A stretch of 62,612 bases of DNA from Candidatus Fusicatenibacter merdavium (GCA_019115005.1 DXEK01000137.1:1-62612), one strand, 5' to 3'. Counted from the first letter of the stretch, positions 1 to 9,411 are shown. The notes: generated from the letters alone by a model not told the origin. Translations and numbers: made by a program.

Positions 1-130
1 TACGGTTTCATGTATAAATATGAGCCTGAGTTGTCCACAAACATTGAAATTTCAAGGCAAAATAAAAAAATAATTTTCTCTGTTTTGACGAAAAAACGAT
101 GCGTTAAAAACAGGAGTCCTGAACAGTTAC
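1..130. mobile_element. Possible terminus of an IS-like element (AT-rich, ends in TGAACAGTTAC)
   Basis: AT-rich stretch at the window edge ending in a lone arm (120-130) of the dispersed palindrome; no transposase visible. Confidence 0.3.
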
Positions 131-220
131 AAACAAGATTAAAAACACAGATTTTTTTCAAAGATCAGACTTCCGGGGATATGTTATGAAAGATAGGAGC
201 AAAATTTCGGGAGGCGCCGT

Positions 221-343
221 AAAAAAAGGAGGGCCGGGGCTTGGGCCCCGGCAGTTATGAAAAAGAAAAAATGTTATATAAAATGGTGTAATGGCTTCTG
301 AGTAACAACAGTTTGGCTGTTCTGTCGTTCCCTTTCTGTTTAC
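221..343 (-). ncRNA. Putative sRNA, copy 1
   Basis: Minus-strand TATACT at 350-355; 5' AACAGAAAGGGAACGACAGA shared with copy 2; UUUUUUCUUUUUCAUA, 8-bp GC hairpin (233-252), then CCUCC and a U7 tract. Confidence 0.55.
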
Positions 344-349
344 AGATTC

Positions 350-404
350 AGTATACTTGGAAAATATGTTCAGAGTGTGTCCGAATACTGAAGGTTTTGT
401 GAAG
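350..404 (-). promoter_or_regulatory. Promoter with four 11-bp-phased boxes (OmpR-type activator architecture), copy 1
   Basis: Plus strand TGTTC 367, TGTCC 378, TGAAG 389, TGAAG 400; -10 box at 350-355. Confidence 0.55.
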
Positions 405-428
405 ATTTTTTGCATTTTTTCCGGACAT

Positions 429-594
429 GGAGGTGCCGGAGTCCTGTCGGGCTCCGGCATTTGTGAAAAAGAAAGTGATATATGTAAACTTTAATAACAT
501 GGGTGGGGACGGCAATCCAGGAAACACAAAATTTTTTCCGGCGCTTTTCCGACTTGCGCCTGGCTGTAAAACTATCTGCCGTTCCTCTGTTGAT
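429..594 (-). ncRNA. Putative sRNA, copy 2
   Basis: Minus-strand TATACT at 601-606; 5' AACAGAGGAACGGCAGA; CUUUCUUUUUCAC, 11-bp hairpin (434-459), CCUCC; 3' end uncertain (no U tract). Confidence 0.5.
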
Positions 595-600
595 AAGAAC

Positions 601-655
601 AGTATAGAAGAAAAATGTGTTCAGAGTGTGTCGGAAGAATAAAGGATTTCTGAAG
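601..655 (-). promoter_or_regulatory. Promoter with four 11-bp-phased boxes, copy 2
   Basis: TGTTCAGAGTGTGTC at 618-632 is identical to 367-381; TAAAG 640, TGAAG 651; same spacing to -10 as copy 1. Confidence 0.55.
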
Positions 656-690
656 AGTAAATGAAATAAGATAGAAGGAGAACATGGCTT

Positions 691-2020
691 ATGATCAGAC
701 AGGATGGAAACAAAGTATATCGGCGGATGGACGAAGAACTGCTGTGTATTGAACCGTGGGGAGAAAACAGTTTTCGGGTTCGGGCGACACAGCGCCATGA
801 ATTTACCGGGGAGGACCTGTCGGCGTTGCTGCCGCCCGAATCCTGTGAGGTCCGGATCTTCCGGGAAGGAACGGATACAGTGATAGAAAACGGAAAGTTG
901 CGATGTGAGATCACACGGACAGGAAAACTCCGTTTTCTGAATCAGAGCGGAAAACTTTTGCTGGAAGAGTATGAGAGGATCCGCGGAATGCAGGAGGAAG
1001 GGAGAAAAGAGTTCAACAGCGCCCTGGAACTTGTGCCAAGGACATTTGAACCGCATGCGTGTATGGACAATTACCGCCTGACAGTTCGGTTTGAACCGGT
1101 AGACGGAGAGAAGATCTATGGAATGGGACAGTATCAGCAGCCTTATCTTGACCTGAAGGGATGCACCCTGGAACTATCGTTTCTTCCGGGGAGCGGATAT
1201 GGAGGTTGGCAACATCTATCCGAAAGAGTATGCACGGATGGTGTATGAGGGAATGGAAGCTCAGGGACAGAAACAGATTGTCAATCTGCTCCGGTGCGCG
1301 TGGGCGGGCAGCCAGAGATACGGCGCTCTTGTCTGGTCCGGAGATATTGATTCTTCCTTCCGGTCTCTGCGGAACCAGCTTGCTGCGGGACTGAACATGG
1401 GAATTGCAGGCATCGTCTGGTGGACAACGGATATCGGCGGTTTTCATGGCGGAAATATATACGATGAAAAGTTTCATGAAATTCTTGTCCGCTGGTTTGA
1501 ATTCGGGACCTTCTGTCCGGTCATGCGGCTGCACGGGTACCGGGAACCGTTTCAGGAGCCGCTGGGGACAACCGGCGGAGGAAAAACGAACAGCGGAGCG
1601 GCCAACGAAGTATGGAGTTATGGAGAGAAGGTCTATGAGATCTGCCGGAAGTATCTGCTGCTCCGGGAAAAACTCCGCCCTTATGTCCGGGAATTGATGC
1701 GGGAGGCCCATGAGAAGGGGACGCCGCCGATGCGCCCGCTGTTCTACGATTTTCCGCAGGATCCGGCGGCATGGGAGATTGAGGATCAGTATATGTTCGG
1801 ACCGGATCTGATGGTCGCGCCTGTTTTGTATGAAAATATGAGAGAGCGGGAGCTGTATCTGCCGCAGGGAGTCTGGAGCAATATCAATGACGGACAGAAG
1901 TACGACGGAGGCCGCCGGATTACTGTGGCGGCTCCGCTGGCGGAACTCCCTGTCTTTGTGAAGGCGGGAACGCATCCGGAACTTTGTCCGTCGGCTGTCG
2001 GAGGGGCAGACGAAGGATGA
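691..2020 (+). pseudogene. GH31 alpha-xylosidase/glucosidase with internal deletion and frameshift near 1171-1175
   Basis: N-terminal part (YGMGQYQQPYLDLKGCTLEL) joins in another frame to NYRF..DMEVGNIYP..WSGDI..WTTDIGGF..RWFEFG; the nucleophile region is absent. Confidence 0.8.
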
Positions 2021-3344
2021 ATTCTGTTCCGACGCCTTCCAGGCTTTGCACCTGGATCGTTCCATGGTGGGCGCGGACGATCCATTGGACCATGGGCAGC
2101 CCCAGGCCTGCGCCCTGACGGCTGTCGGAGCGGGATGGATCCGCCTGATAGAAACGTTCCCAGATATGGGGAAGATGTTCTTTCGAGATCCCGATGCCGT
2201 TGTCTTTTACTGAGACTTCGGCAGCTTCTCCGTCGGTGTTCATGGTTACCTGCACCCATCCGTGCTCCCGGCCGTAACGGATGGCATTGGTCAACAGGTT
2301 TTCAAACAGGCGGATCATCATCGTTTCGTCGGCGGTCATGGTGACGTCCGGAGCAAGGCGGGACTGCAGTTCTATCTGCTTTTCGCCGGCGTCTTCCTGC
2401 TGCTCTTCGAGAATGATTTCAAGAAGATCCGTCAGGTTTACCTGTTCGAAGTGGAGCGGCTGACGATTCTGGTCGGCGCGGGAGAGAAGGAGCAGCTGCG
2501 CGTTCATCTGTGCCATCCCTTTTGCCCTTGTCTGAATGATCTCCAGTTCCTGCCGGATCTCCGAAGGAAGTGTTTTCTGTTCCAGCAGGTACTCACAGTG
2601 GGACAGGATGACTGCTACCGGTGTGCGCAGTTCATGGGATACGTCGGAAGTAAACTGCCGCTCCCGCTGAAAGGCGCTTTCCAGGCTGGAAAGCATCTGG
2701 TTAAAACATTCTGCCAACCGGTGAAACTCATCGCCCCCTCTGGTCAGAGGGATCCGTTTTGACAGGTCAGAGCCTTCCTGGATTTCCTGAACCGTCTTGA
2801 TCATCGTATTGACCGGGCGCAGGGTTCTGCCGATGAACAGGTATCCGAAAATCGCAGCCAGAATCACCAGCGCGGGAAGAATGATCAGGGAGGTGCGGAG
2901 CAGGATACGCATACTCTGCTCCGCGTCCGAAACTGAGACGATCCCACGCACAAACAGAGAACCGTATCCGTTGATGGTTTGAACGACATCGAAGATATAC
3001 CATCGGGTACTGCCGTCGTCGATGGTCTGGAGGTTTCCATCCTGAAAAGCCGGACGGGCGGAAAAAGAGTAAGGCAGACGCCCGTAAATAAATTTTCCGT
3101 TAGAATCATAGACGGACATATAGATACCGTTATTCACATCCATGATATTGGAATCAATGTAAAGTTCCTGACCGTCGTAGCGAATATCCTCTAGGCTGTC
3201 GTAGACATGTTCTTTGATCTGCTGCTGGACAGAGGAGAGGAGTTCACTGCTGCTGAGGGACAGAAGGATTGCCAGAAGAAGGCAGACAAGCAGTGTCATG
3301 AAAAATGTGTAAAGCAGGGTTAATTTCCATTTGACTGAATGCAA
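1920..3344 (-). CDS. Sensor histidine kinase (HAMP, HisKA, HATPase)
   Basis: Two TM segments; FTSDVSHELRTP; NLLTNAIRY; DNGIGI; GAGLGL. Confidence 0.92.
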   Translation of the reverse strand: MHSVKWKLTLLYTFFMTLLVCLLLAILLSLSSSELLSSVQQQIKEHVYDSLEDIRYDGQELYIDSNIMDVNNGIYMSVYDSNGKFIYGRLPYSFSARPAFQDGNLQTIDDGSTRWYIFDVVQTINGYGSLFVRGIVSVSDAEQSMRILLRTSLIILPALVILAAIFGYLFIGRTLRPVNTMIKTVQEIQEGSDLSKRIPLTRGGDEFHRLAECFNQMLSSLESAFQRERQFTSDVSHELRTPVAVILSHCEYLLEQKTLPSEIRQELEIIQTRAKGMAQMNAQLLLLSRADQNRQPLHFEQVNLTDLLEIILEEQQEDAGEKQIELQSRLAPDVTMTADETMMIRLFENLLTNAIRYGREHGWVQVTMNTDGEAAEVSVKDNGIGISKEHLPHIWERFYQADPSRSDSRQGAGLGLPMVQWIVRAHHGTIQVQSLEGVGTEFILRLPLRQPTDKVPDAFPPSQRQGVPPAEPPQ

Positions 3345-3345
3345 T

Positions 3346-4020
3346 CTACACCTCCGCTTTCAGGACATATCCCGCTCCGCGCACGGTGTGGATCAGTTTC
3401 GGTTCGAAATTCTGGTCCAGTTTTTTGCGCAGATAACGGATATAAACGTCGACGACATTGGAGCCGCCGTAATAGTCATAGTTCCAGATGTGCTGTTCGA
3501 TTTTTTCTCTGGACAGCACGATCCCCTGGTTCAGGATCAGATAGCGCAGTACGGCGAATTCCTTGCTGGACAGGAGAATCTCCGTGTCATCGCGGAAGAC
3601 TCTGTGGGAATCCAGATAGACGGTCAGATTGGCGGCCCGGCAGATATTATCGCTGGCCGCCGTGTTTTTTCTGAGCATGACACGGATCCGCGCCAGCAGT
3701 TCCTCGAAAGCAAAAGGCTTTACCAGATAGTCGTCCGCGCCGGCGTCCAGTCCCGTAACCCGGTCTTCGATGGTATCGCGGGCAGTCAGCAGCAGCACGG
3801 GCACCCGGTTTCCGCCAGCGCGAAGTTCGCGCAGGACGGCGAGTCCGTCTTTTTTCGGCATCATGATATCAAGGATCACAGCGTCATATTCCGCCATTTC
3901 CAGACAGGACAGCGCTTCTTCCCCGTCCAGACAGGCATCGACACTGTAGGAATGTTCTTCCAGCCGCTTTTTCAGCAGGCGGTTCAGATCTTTTTCATCT
4001 TCGGCAATTAAAATCCGCAC
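3346..4020 (-). CDS. OmpR-family response regulator
   Basis: ILIAEDE, LDIMMP, GADDYLVKPF, TVRGAGY. Confidence 0.95.
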   Translation of the reverse strand: MRILIAEDEKDLNRLLKKRLEEHSYSVDACLDGEEALSCLEMAEYDAVILDIMMPKKDGLAVLRELRAGGNRVPVLLLTARDTIEDRVTGLDAGADDYLVKPFAFEELLARIRVMLRKNTAASDNICRAANLTVYLDSHRVFRDDTEILLSSKEFAVLRYLILNQGIVLSREKIEQHIWNYDYYGGSNVVDVYIRYLRKKLDQNFEPKLIHTVRGAGYVLKAEV

Positions 4021-4048
4021 AGGACATATCTCCTTTCTTTTTCAGGAC

Positions 4049-4975
4049 TTACAGCAATCCACGCTCCTTTGCCCAGCTGCTGATCTTCCGGTAGGCGGGA
4101 AGTTCCAGCCCATACTCGTCCGCCAGACGGACGATCCGGTGAACTAGGCCGTCCATCTCACTGGGACCGCCGTGCTGAACATCCCGCTGCATGGAAGTCG
4201 TGGAGTCGTCATCCAGGCCGTCGAGGATCTTCAGATTCCGCTCCCCAAGATCCTCATCGAAAGTAATCCCCATGGCGTGTCCCAGTTCTTCTATTTCATG
4301 AACTAATGTAAGAAAAAGATCCTGCGCTTCACCGGAATGCTTGAATGCGCCGCCGGTTTCATTCAGATAAATGCCGGCTGCTCCGATCGGAGAGACATAG
4401 CTGAATTTTGTCAGAGCTTCCTTTTGAATCTCATCTGTGAATGCGGCGTCGATTCCTGCACCGCAGAGATCCCGTTCTACCTGAGCGGCCAGTGTTTCCA
4501 GACGGCGGGGCTGTCCTTTGCGGTAACCGAAAAATACCCGGAAAATCGGACGGGGCTGTATGACGATGCCCGGCGCCTCGATCATACTGTAGATGTAGAT
4601 GCATCCATCAAGGATGACCGGTACCGGACAGGATTTTTCCAGAATTCCTCCGGTGCCGAAGACATTCAGGATCGGGATCACCAGTGTGTTTTTCGTGGCG
4701 GCACGGCGAAGAAACGGAACGGTTTCCTCCAGCGAGTAAAATTTCACACAGACAAAAATAACGTCCGGGGAATCGGAATATTCATCCATGGTACACGCTT
4801 TTACAGAGCGGATCTGCCGCTCTCCGAGGCTGCAGCTTTTCAAGATCAGTCCGTTTTCACGGATGGCCTCCAGATGTCTGTTTCTGGCGATCAGGGTTAC
4901 ATCATGGCCCTGTTCCGCAAGAAAACCTCCCAGGCACCCGCCTGTTCCTCCGGCGCCGATCACAACATATTTCAT
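4049..4975 (-). CDS. panE: Ketopantoate reductase family protein
   Basis: GAGGTGG Rossmann motif; SMQRD...SEMDG. Confidence 0.8.
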   Translation of the reverse strand: MKYVVIGAGGTGGCLGGFLAEQGHDVTLIARNRHLEAIRENGLILKSCSLGERQIRSVKACTMDEYSDSPDVIFVCVKFYSLEETVPFLRRAATKNTLVIPILNVFGTGGILEKSCPVPVILDGCIYIYSMIEAPGIVIQPRPIFRVFFGYRKGQPRRLETLAAQVERDLCGAGIDAAFTDEIQKEALTKFSYVSPIGAAGIYLNETGGAFKHSGEAQDLFLTLVHEIEELGHAMGITFDEDLGERNLKILDGLDDDSTTSMQRDVQHGGPSEMDGLVHRIVRLADEYGLELPAYRKISSWAKERGLL

Positions 4976-5072
4976 TTCAAATAACCTCCTGCTTATTTCT
5001 CAAAAATTCATGTTTCCATTATACCTTCCCGCAAGGGGAAGCACAAGACCCGGCTGAACGGTTAAACCCCAA

Positions 5073-5099
5073 GCTACAGTTCAGCGGTTGAACTGTAAC
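5073..5099. repeat. Dispersed palindrome (11-5-11 variant)
   Basis: GCTACAGTTCA-GCGGT-TGAACTGTAAC; extra half site at 5055-5065. Confidence 0.75.
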
Positions 5100-5201
5100 T
5101 ACCCCAAACAGGTTAAAATGGAATCTCTTGACTTAAGATCAAAGGTATAGGATAATACGAGTAAAATATTCTGGCTGAAGAACAGCAGCGGGGAGACGGA
5201 A

Positions 5202-5438
5202 ATGAGATTGGAAAAAACACAGCGGTATCTGAAGGACAAAGGTTATTCTTATACTTATACGGAAGAGGATGGTATGGGAAGTATTGATTTTGACCATCGC
5301 GGTCTGAAGTACCATATCTGGGAGTTTCAGGACGGCGATATCAGCGGCGTGGAGACAAATCTGCGTACCAGCGGACGATCTGAAGATCTGACGGGCGATT
5401 ATGAAAAAGAAATGATCGAGATCCTGGAAACCTGGTAA
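5202..5438 (+). CDS. Small hypothetical protein
   Basis: 78-aa ORF with GGGAG RBS and plausible composition. Confidence 0.7.
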   Translation: MRLEKTQRYLKDKGYSYTYTEEDGMGSIDFDHRGLKYHIWEFQDGDISGVETNLRTSGRSEDLTGDYEKEMIEILETW

Positions 5439-5532
5439 TTGCCTGAAAAATGCTATTTTCAAAAAAATTCAAAAAATTAAAAAAGTACTTGCATTTTGGC
5501 TTGCGATCGTGTATTATAATACATGTCGATGC

Positions 5533-5604
5533 GGTCAATTGGTCAAGCGGTTAAGACGCCGCCCTCTCACGGCGGAAACAGGGGTTCGATTCCCCTATTG
5601 ACTG
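5533..5604 (+). tRNA. tRNA-Glu (anticodon CTC)
   Basis: Acceptor GGTCAAT/ATTGACT; anticodon arm CCGCC-CTCTCAC-GGCGG; TTCGATT T-loop; no encoded CCA; TATAAT at 5515-5520. Confidence 0.95.
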
Positions 5605-5610
5605 TTGCTG

Positions 5611-5637
5611 GACGCCTGTTTTGCAGGCGTCTTTTTT
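5611..5637 (+). terminator. Intrinsic terminator after the tRNA
   Basis: GACGCCTG/CAGGCGTC stem plus T6. Confidence 0.85.
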
Positions 5638-5665
5638 GCTTTTAAAAACAAAAACTCAAGGCACC

Positions 5666-5754
5666 TTGACATTTTTGAAAAATTGTGTTAATTTATAAAC
5701 AAGACAGCGTGTAGCGATGAGCGTAAAACCAGCCCATCTCTGCACGCTGTTTTT
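5666..5754 (+). promoter_or_regulatory. Promoter plus terminator-like leader hairpin upstream of the MATE gene
   Basis: TTGACA at 5666; ACAGCGTG...CACGCTGT stem (5704-5750) followed by Ts. Confidence 0.45.
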
Positions 5755-5846
5755 CTTTTGGAGAAAAACGCGAGTTCTCCGAAAAGAACAAACTCATTCC
5801 TGCAGTTGGGCGTGTTCCGATGATTTGGAATCAGGAGGTAAAGATT

Positions 5847-6162
5847 TTGGAAGAGAAAGCGAATAATTTTCTTGAAACCGAAAAGATCGGGAGGCTGATG
5901 CGAAAGTATTCTGTGCCATGCATCATTTCACTGGTGGTGGCGGCTCTTTATAACATCGTGGACCAGATCTTTATCGCAAATGCAGATTACCTTGGATCCT
6001 ATGGTAACGCTGCAAATACAGTCGTATTCCCGCTGACGGTTGTCGCTCTGGCGATTGCTGTTATGATCGGCGACGGCTGCTGTGCCTTTGTGAGTATCAG
6101 CCTTGGAGCAGGAATACTTTTTCTGGATCGCGCTTGGAGTTCCTTTCTATATGTTCGGGTAG
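5847..6162 (+). pseudogene. MATE efflux transporter remnant
   Basis: SLVVAALYNIVDQIFI..GDGC MATE N-terminus; frameshifted fragment EYFFWIALGVPFYMFG then TAG (6160); remainder missing. Confidence 0.8.
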
Positions 6163-6696
6163 GCGCTGGGCAAAGCGATTGCTTCCACAGTGATCTCTTA
6201 TGATGCGGAACTGCTGGAAAAAATTGCGGAAGAAAGCGGATTTGTCAAGGAATATGTAGAGGAGCATGGAGAGGAATCTGTGGGAAAAGGCTGGATCTTC
6301 CAGGTGTTTTCTGCCAGAGATTACCAGGGGCATTCCTATCGGGATGATCTCTGGGCAGTTCAGAGAAAGATCATTCTTGAACTTGCCGAAAAGGAACCTT
6401 GCGTGATTGTCGGGAGATGCGCGGATTATATCCTCAGGGACAGAGAGGACTGCCTGAGAGTATTTGTCCATGCAGATCCTGCTCTGAGGGCAAAACGGAT
6501 CGTGGAACATTACGGAGAGCGGAGCGATTCACCGGAAAAGCGGATCCGGGATAAGGATAAGCGCCGAATTACTTACTATCAGTTTTATACGAATCTGAAA
6601 TGGGGAGACGTTCATAATTATCATATTACTCTGGACAGCGGACAGCTGGGAACGGACAGATGTGTGGACATTCTCACCGGTTTGTATCATTCCTGA
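6163..6696 (+). pseudogene. Cytidylate-kinase-like protein, 5'-truncated
   Basis: YDAELLEKIAEESG, CVIVGRCADYIL, YHITLDSG; the N-terminal P-loop segment is absent. Confidence 0.65.
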
Positions 6697-6844
6697 GAAT
6701 CGATGCAATGACATAAATTCAATAAGAAGACAGAGACCCCACAGTTCGCTGCGGGGTCTTTGTGTGATCCGGCTGTTCTTTTCACAGTGTATGTGTTAAA
6801 ATAGAAAAAGCAACAGGAATTTTTACGGAGAAAGGGTGAACAGG

Positions 6845-7792
6845 ATGAATACAATGGATTTTCATTGTGACACGCTCACAATGCTGAAACCGGAACAGGA
6901 AAGTTTTGAAAAGAATACACATATGGTGGATCTGGAGCGGCTGGAGAAGGCGGAAGTCAGAGTTCAGTGCTGCGCGGCGTTTGTGCCGACCGGCAGATTC
7001 TCGCAGGAGGAGAGAGATCAGAAGAGCATGGAGGAGTTTCTGAGGATCCGGAGCGTCTGGGATTCTGTGCTGAAGCAATATCCGGACCGTGTGCTGCCGG
7101 TACAGTATGTGGAGGATATGGAACAGTGTTTCCGTGAAAAGAAGACAGGGCTTTTGCTGACCATTGAGGATGGAGGGGTCTGCGGCGCGGAACTGTCCAA
7201 TGTACAGAAAGTGTTTGATCTGGGCGTGCGGCTGATCACACTGACCTGGAACTACGAGAATGCCTTTGCCTATCCGAATGGGAGCCAAGGCGGCCTGAAA
7301 CCGTTGGGGATTGAGGCGGTGGAGGAGATGAACCGTCTGGGGATTCTTGTGGATGTTTCTCATTTGTCGGACGATGGGTTCTGGGATGTCCGGAAATACA
7401 GTAAGCGTCCGTTCCTGGCGTCTCATTCCAATGCCCGCGCAGTGACCGGGCATCAGAGAAATCTTACGGACGAGATGATCCGGGCGATCGGTGAGGCAGG
7501 AGGGATTATCGGCCTGAATTTTGCGCCGGGATTTCTCGGTGAAGATGAGCAGAGCCGTGTCAGCGATATGGTCCGTCATGTGCTGCATCTGCGCGAAAAA
7601 GGCGGATCGGAAGTACTTGCCCTGGGCAGTGACTTTGACGGGATCCGGGGAAAACTGGAGATCGACGGACCGGACAAATTTGTCCTTCTTTGGGAAGCAC
7701 TGCATAAGGCAGGGCTGTCTGAGACAGAACTGGAGGGTATGTGGCACGGAAACGGAGAGCGGATCCTGAGGGAGGTTCTTCCGCATCGCTGA
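6845..7792 (+). CDS. Membrane dipeptidase (M19)
   Basis: DFHCDT, LTIEDG, LTWN, DVSHLSD, ASHSN, GSDFDG. Confidence 0.9.
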   Translation: MNTMDFHCDTLTMLKPEQESFEKNTHMVDLERLEKAEVRVQCCAAFVPTGRFSQEERDQKSMEEFLRIRSVWDSVLKQYPDRVLPVQYVEDMEQCFREKKTGLLLTIEDGGVCGAELSNVQKVFDLGVRLITLTWNYENAFAYPNGSQGGLKPLGIEAVEEMNRLGILVDVSHLSDDGFWDVRKYSKRPFLASHSNARAVTGHQRNLTDEMIRAIGEAGGIIGLNFAPGFLGEDEQSRVSDMVRHVLHLREKGGSEVLALGSDFDGIRGKLEIDGPDKFVLLWEALHKAGLSETELEGMWHGNGERILREVLPHR

Positions 7793-7917
7793 GAACGGCC
7801 GGACAGGGATCTCTACGGCATGACGGCGGATCTCGCAGTGCAGTTTTGTCGTTGGCAGATACATGTTTTTGCATCTTCCGGTAAAAATATGGCAGAGGGG
7901 AAAAGGAGGGAAAACGG

Positions 7918-9411
7918 ATGCTGGAGAAGATCGATTTGACGAAGAAACTCGAGAAAGAGGAATATGAAAAACGGATGAAAGAACTGGAGCCCAGACTTGG
8001 AAGACTTCAAAGAGAATGCCGGGAGCGGAAACTTCCGGTGATGATCGTTTTTGAAGGCTACGGGGCTTCCGGAAAAGGCGCGCAGATCGGGGCATTGATC
8101 CATGCCTTGGATCCGAGAGGATTTACGGTCTATCCGGTGAAGAATGAGACGGAGGAGGAAAAGCTGCATCCCTATCTGTGGCGCTTCTGGACCAAGCTTC
8201 CGGAACAGGGAAGGATCGCGCTGTATGACAGCAGCTGGTATCGCCGTGTGTTGAACGACCGTTTCGACCAGAAAATCGGTGAATCGAAGGTTACGGAGGC
8301 GTTTGATTCGATCCTGGCCTTTGAGCGGCAGCTGACGGACGGCGGAATCGTCCTGCTGAAATTTTTCCTGGATATCGATAAAAAAGAGCAGAAAAAACGT
8401 TTTAAAAAACTTCTGGAATCGGAAGACACTGCATGGAGGGTTACCCGGCAGGATCTGAAGCGCAACGAGGAATTCGACCGTTATCAGCAGATGAACGAGG
8501 AGATGATCCTCCGGACGGATACCGATTATGCGCCCTGGAATATTATTGAGGCGGTCGACCGTAGATTTGCGACGGTGAAGATTTATACACTGGTGACGGA
8601 GGCTCTGGAACTGGCGATTCAAAGATCCGATGCGCCTGTGAAACAGCCGGAACCGGTACCGCTCCATACGCCGTCCGATGCGGGACTGCAGGAATCTACG
8701 CTGTCTAAAGTAGATCTCACGCTTTCCATGGACAAAGAGACTTATAAAAAGAAGCTGAAAAAGCTTCAGGATCGCATAGAGGAACTTCACGGACAGCTGT
8801 ATCGGAAACGGATTCCCGTTGTTCTCGGATTTGAAGGCTGGGATGCGGGAGGAAAAGGCGGTGCCATCAAGCGTCTGACCGAAAAAATGGATCCGAGAGG
8901 CTATATGGTAAATCCCACCGCTTCTCCCAATGACATCGAGCGTGCACATCATTATCTCTGGCGGTTCTGGCGGGCGATGCCAAAGGCCGGTCATATTGCA
9001 GTCTTTGACAGGACCTGGTACGGACGGGTGATGGTCGAGCGGATCGAAGGGTTCTGTACCACCAGGGAATGGCAGCGGGCTTACCGCGAGATCAATGAGA
9101 TGGAGAGAGATCTGGCGAGAGAGGGAGCCGTGGTCCTGAAATTCTGGATGCAGATCGATAAGGAGGAGCAGGCCCGCCGCTTTAAAGCCCGCCAGGAAGA
9201 CCCGGACAAACAGTGGAAGATCACAGAGGAAGACTGGCGCAACAGGGCCAAGTGGGACCAGTACGAGGAGGCAGTCAATGAAATGCTGATCCGGACATCC
9301 ACTTCCTATGCTCCCTGGATCATCGTTGAGGGAAACTGCAAATACTATGCCAGGATCAAAGTTCTGCAGACCGTTGTGGATGCGCTGGAGAAACGGCTGA
9401 AAGAAAAGTAA
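7918..9411 (+). CDS. pap: Polyphosphate:AMP phosphotransferase (two-domain PPK2)
   Basis: Two PPK2 domains: EGYGASGKG and EGWDAGGKGG, FDRTWY. Confidence 0.9.
   Translation: MLEKIDLTKKLEKEEYEKRMKELEPRLGRLQRECRERKLPVMIVFEGYGASGKGAQIGALIHALDPRGFTVYPVKNETEEEKLHPYLWRFWTKLPEQGRIALYDSSWYRRVLNDRFDQKIGESKVTEAFDSILAFERQLTDGGIVLLKFFLDIDKKEQKKRFKKLLESEDTAWRVTRQDLKRNEEFDRYQQMNEEMILRTDTDYAPWNIIEAVDRRFATVKIYTLVTEALELAIQRSDAPVKQPEPVPLHTPSDAGLQESTLSKVDLTLSMDKETYKKKLKKLQDRIEELHGQLYRKRIPVVLGFEGWDAGGKGGAIKRLTEKMDPRGYMVNPTASPNDIERAHHYLWRFWRAMPKAGHIAVFDRTWYGRVMVERIEGFCTTREWQRAYREINEMERDLAREGAVVLKFWMQIDKEEQARRFKARQEDPDKQWKITEEDWRNRAKWDQYEEAVNEMLIRTSTSYAPWIIVEGNCKYYARIKVLQTVVDALEKRLKEK

Noticed and set aside
31-39. 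DnaA-box-like TTGTCCACA
   Set aside because: A single mismatched copy; no origin context
158-1056. ORFs 158-460 and 370-1056 on the minus strand
   Set aside because: No recognisable family; they overlap the putative sRNA units and GH31
1141-1250. Programmed frameshift in GH31
   Set aside because: No slippery site, and sequence is missing, so a shift would not restore the enzyme
5533-6760. tRNA-anchored genomic island
   Set aside because: No integrase and no duplicated tRNA 3' end seen
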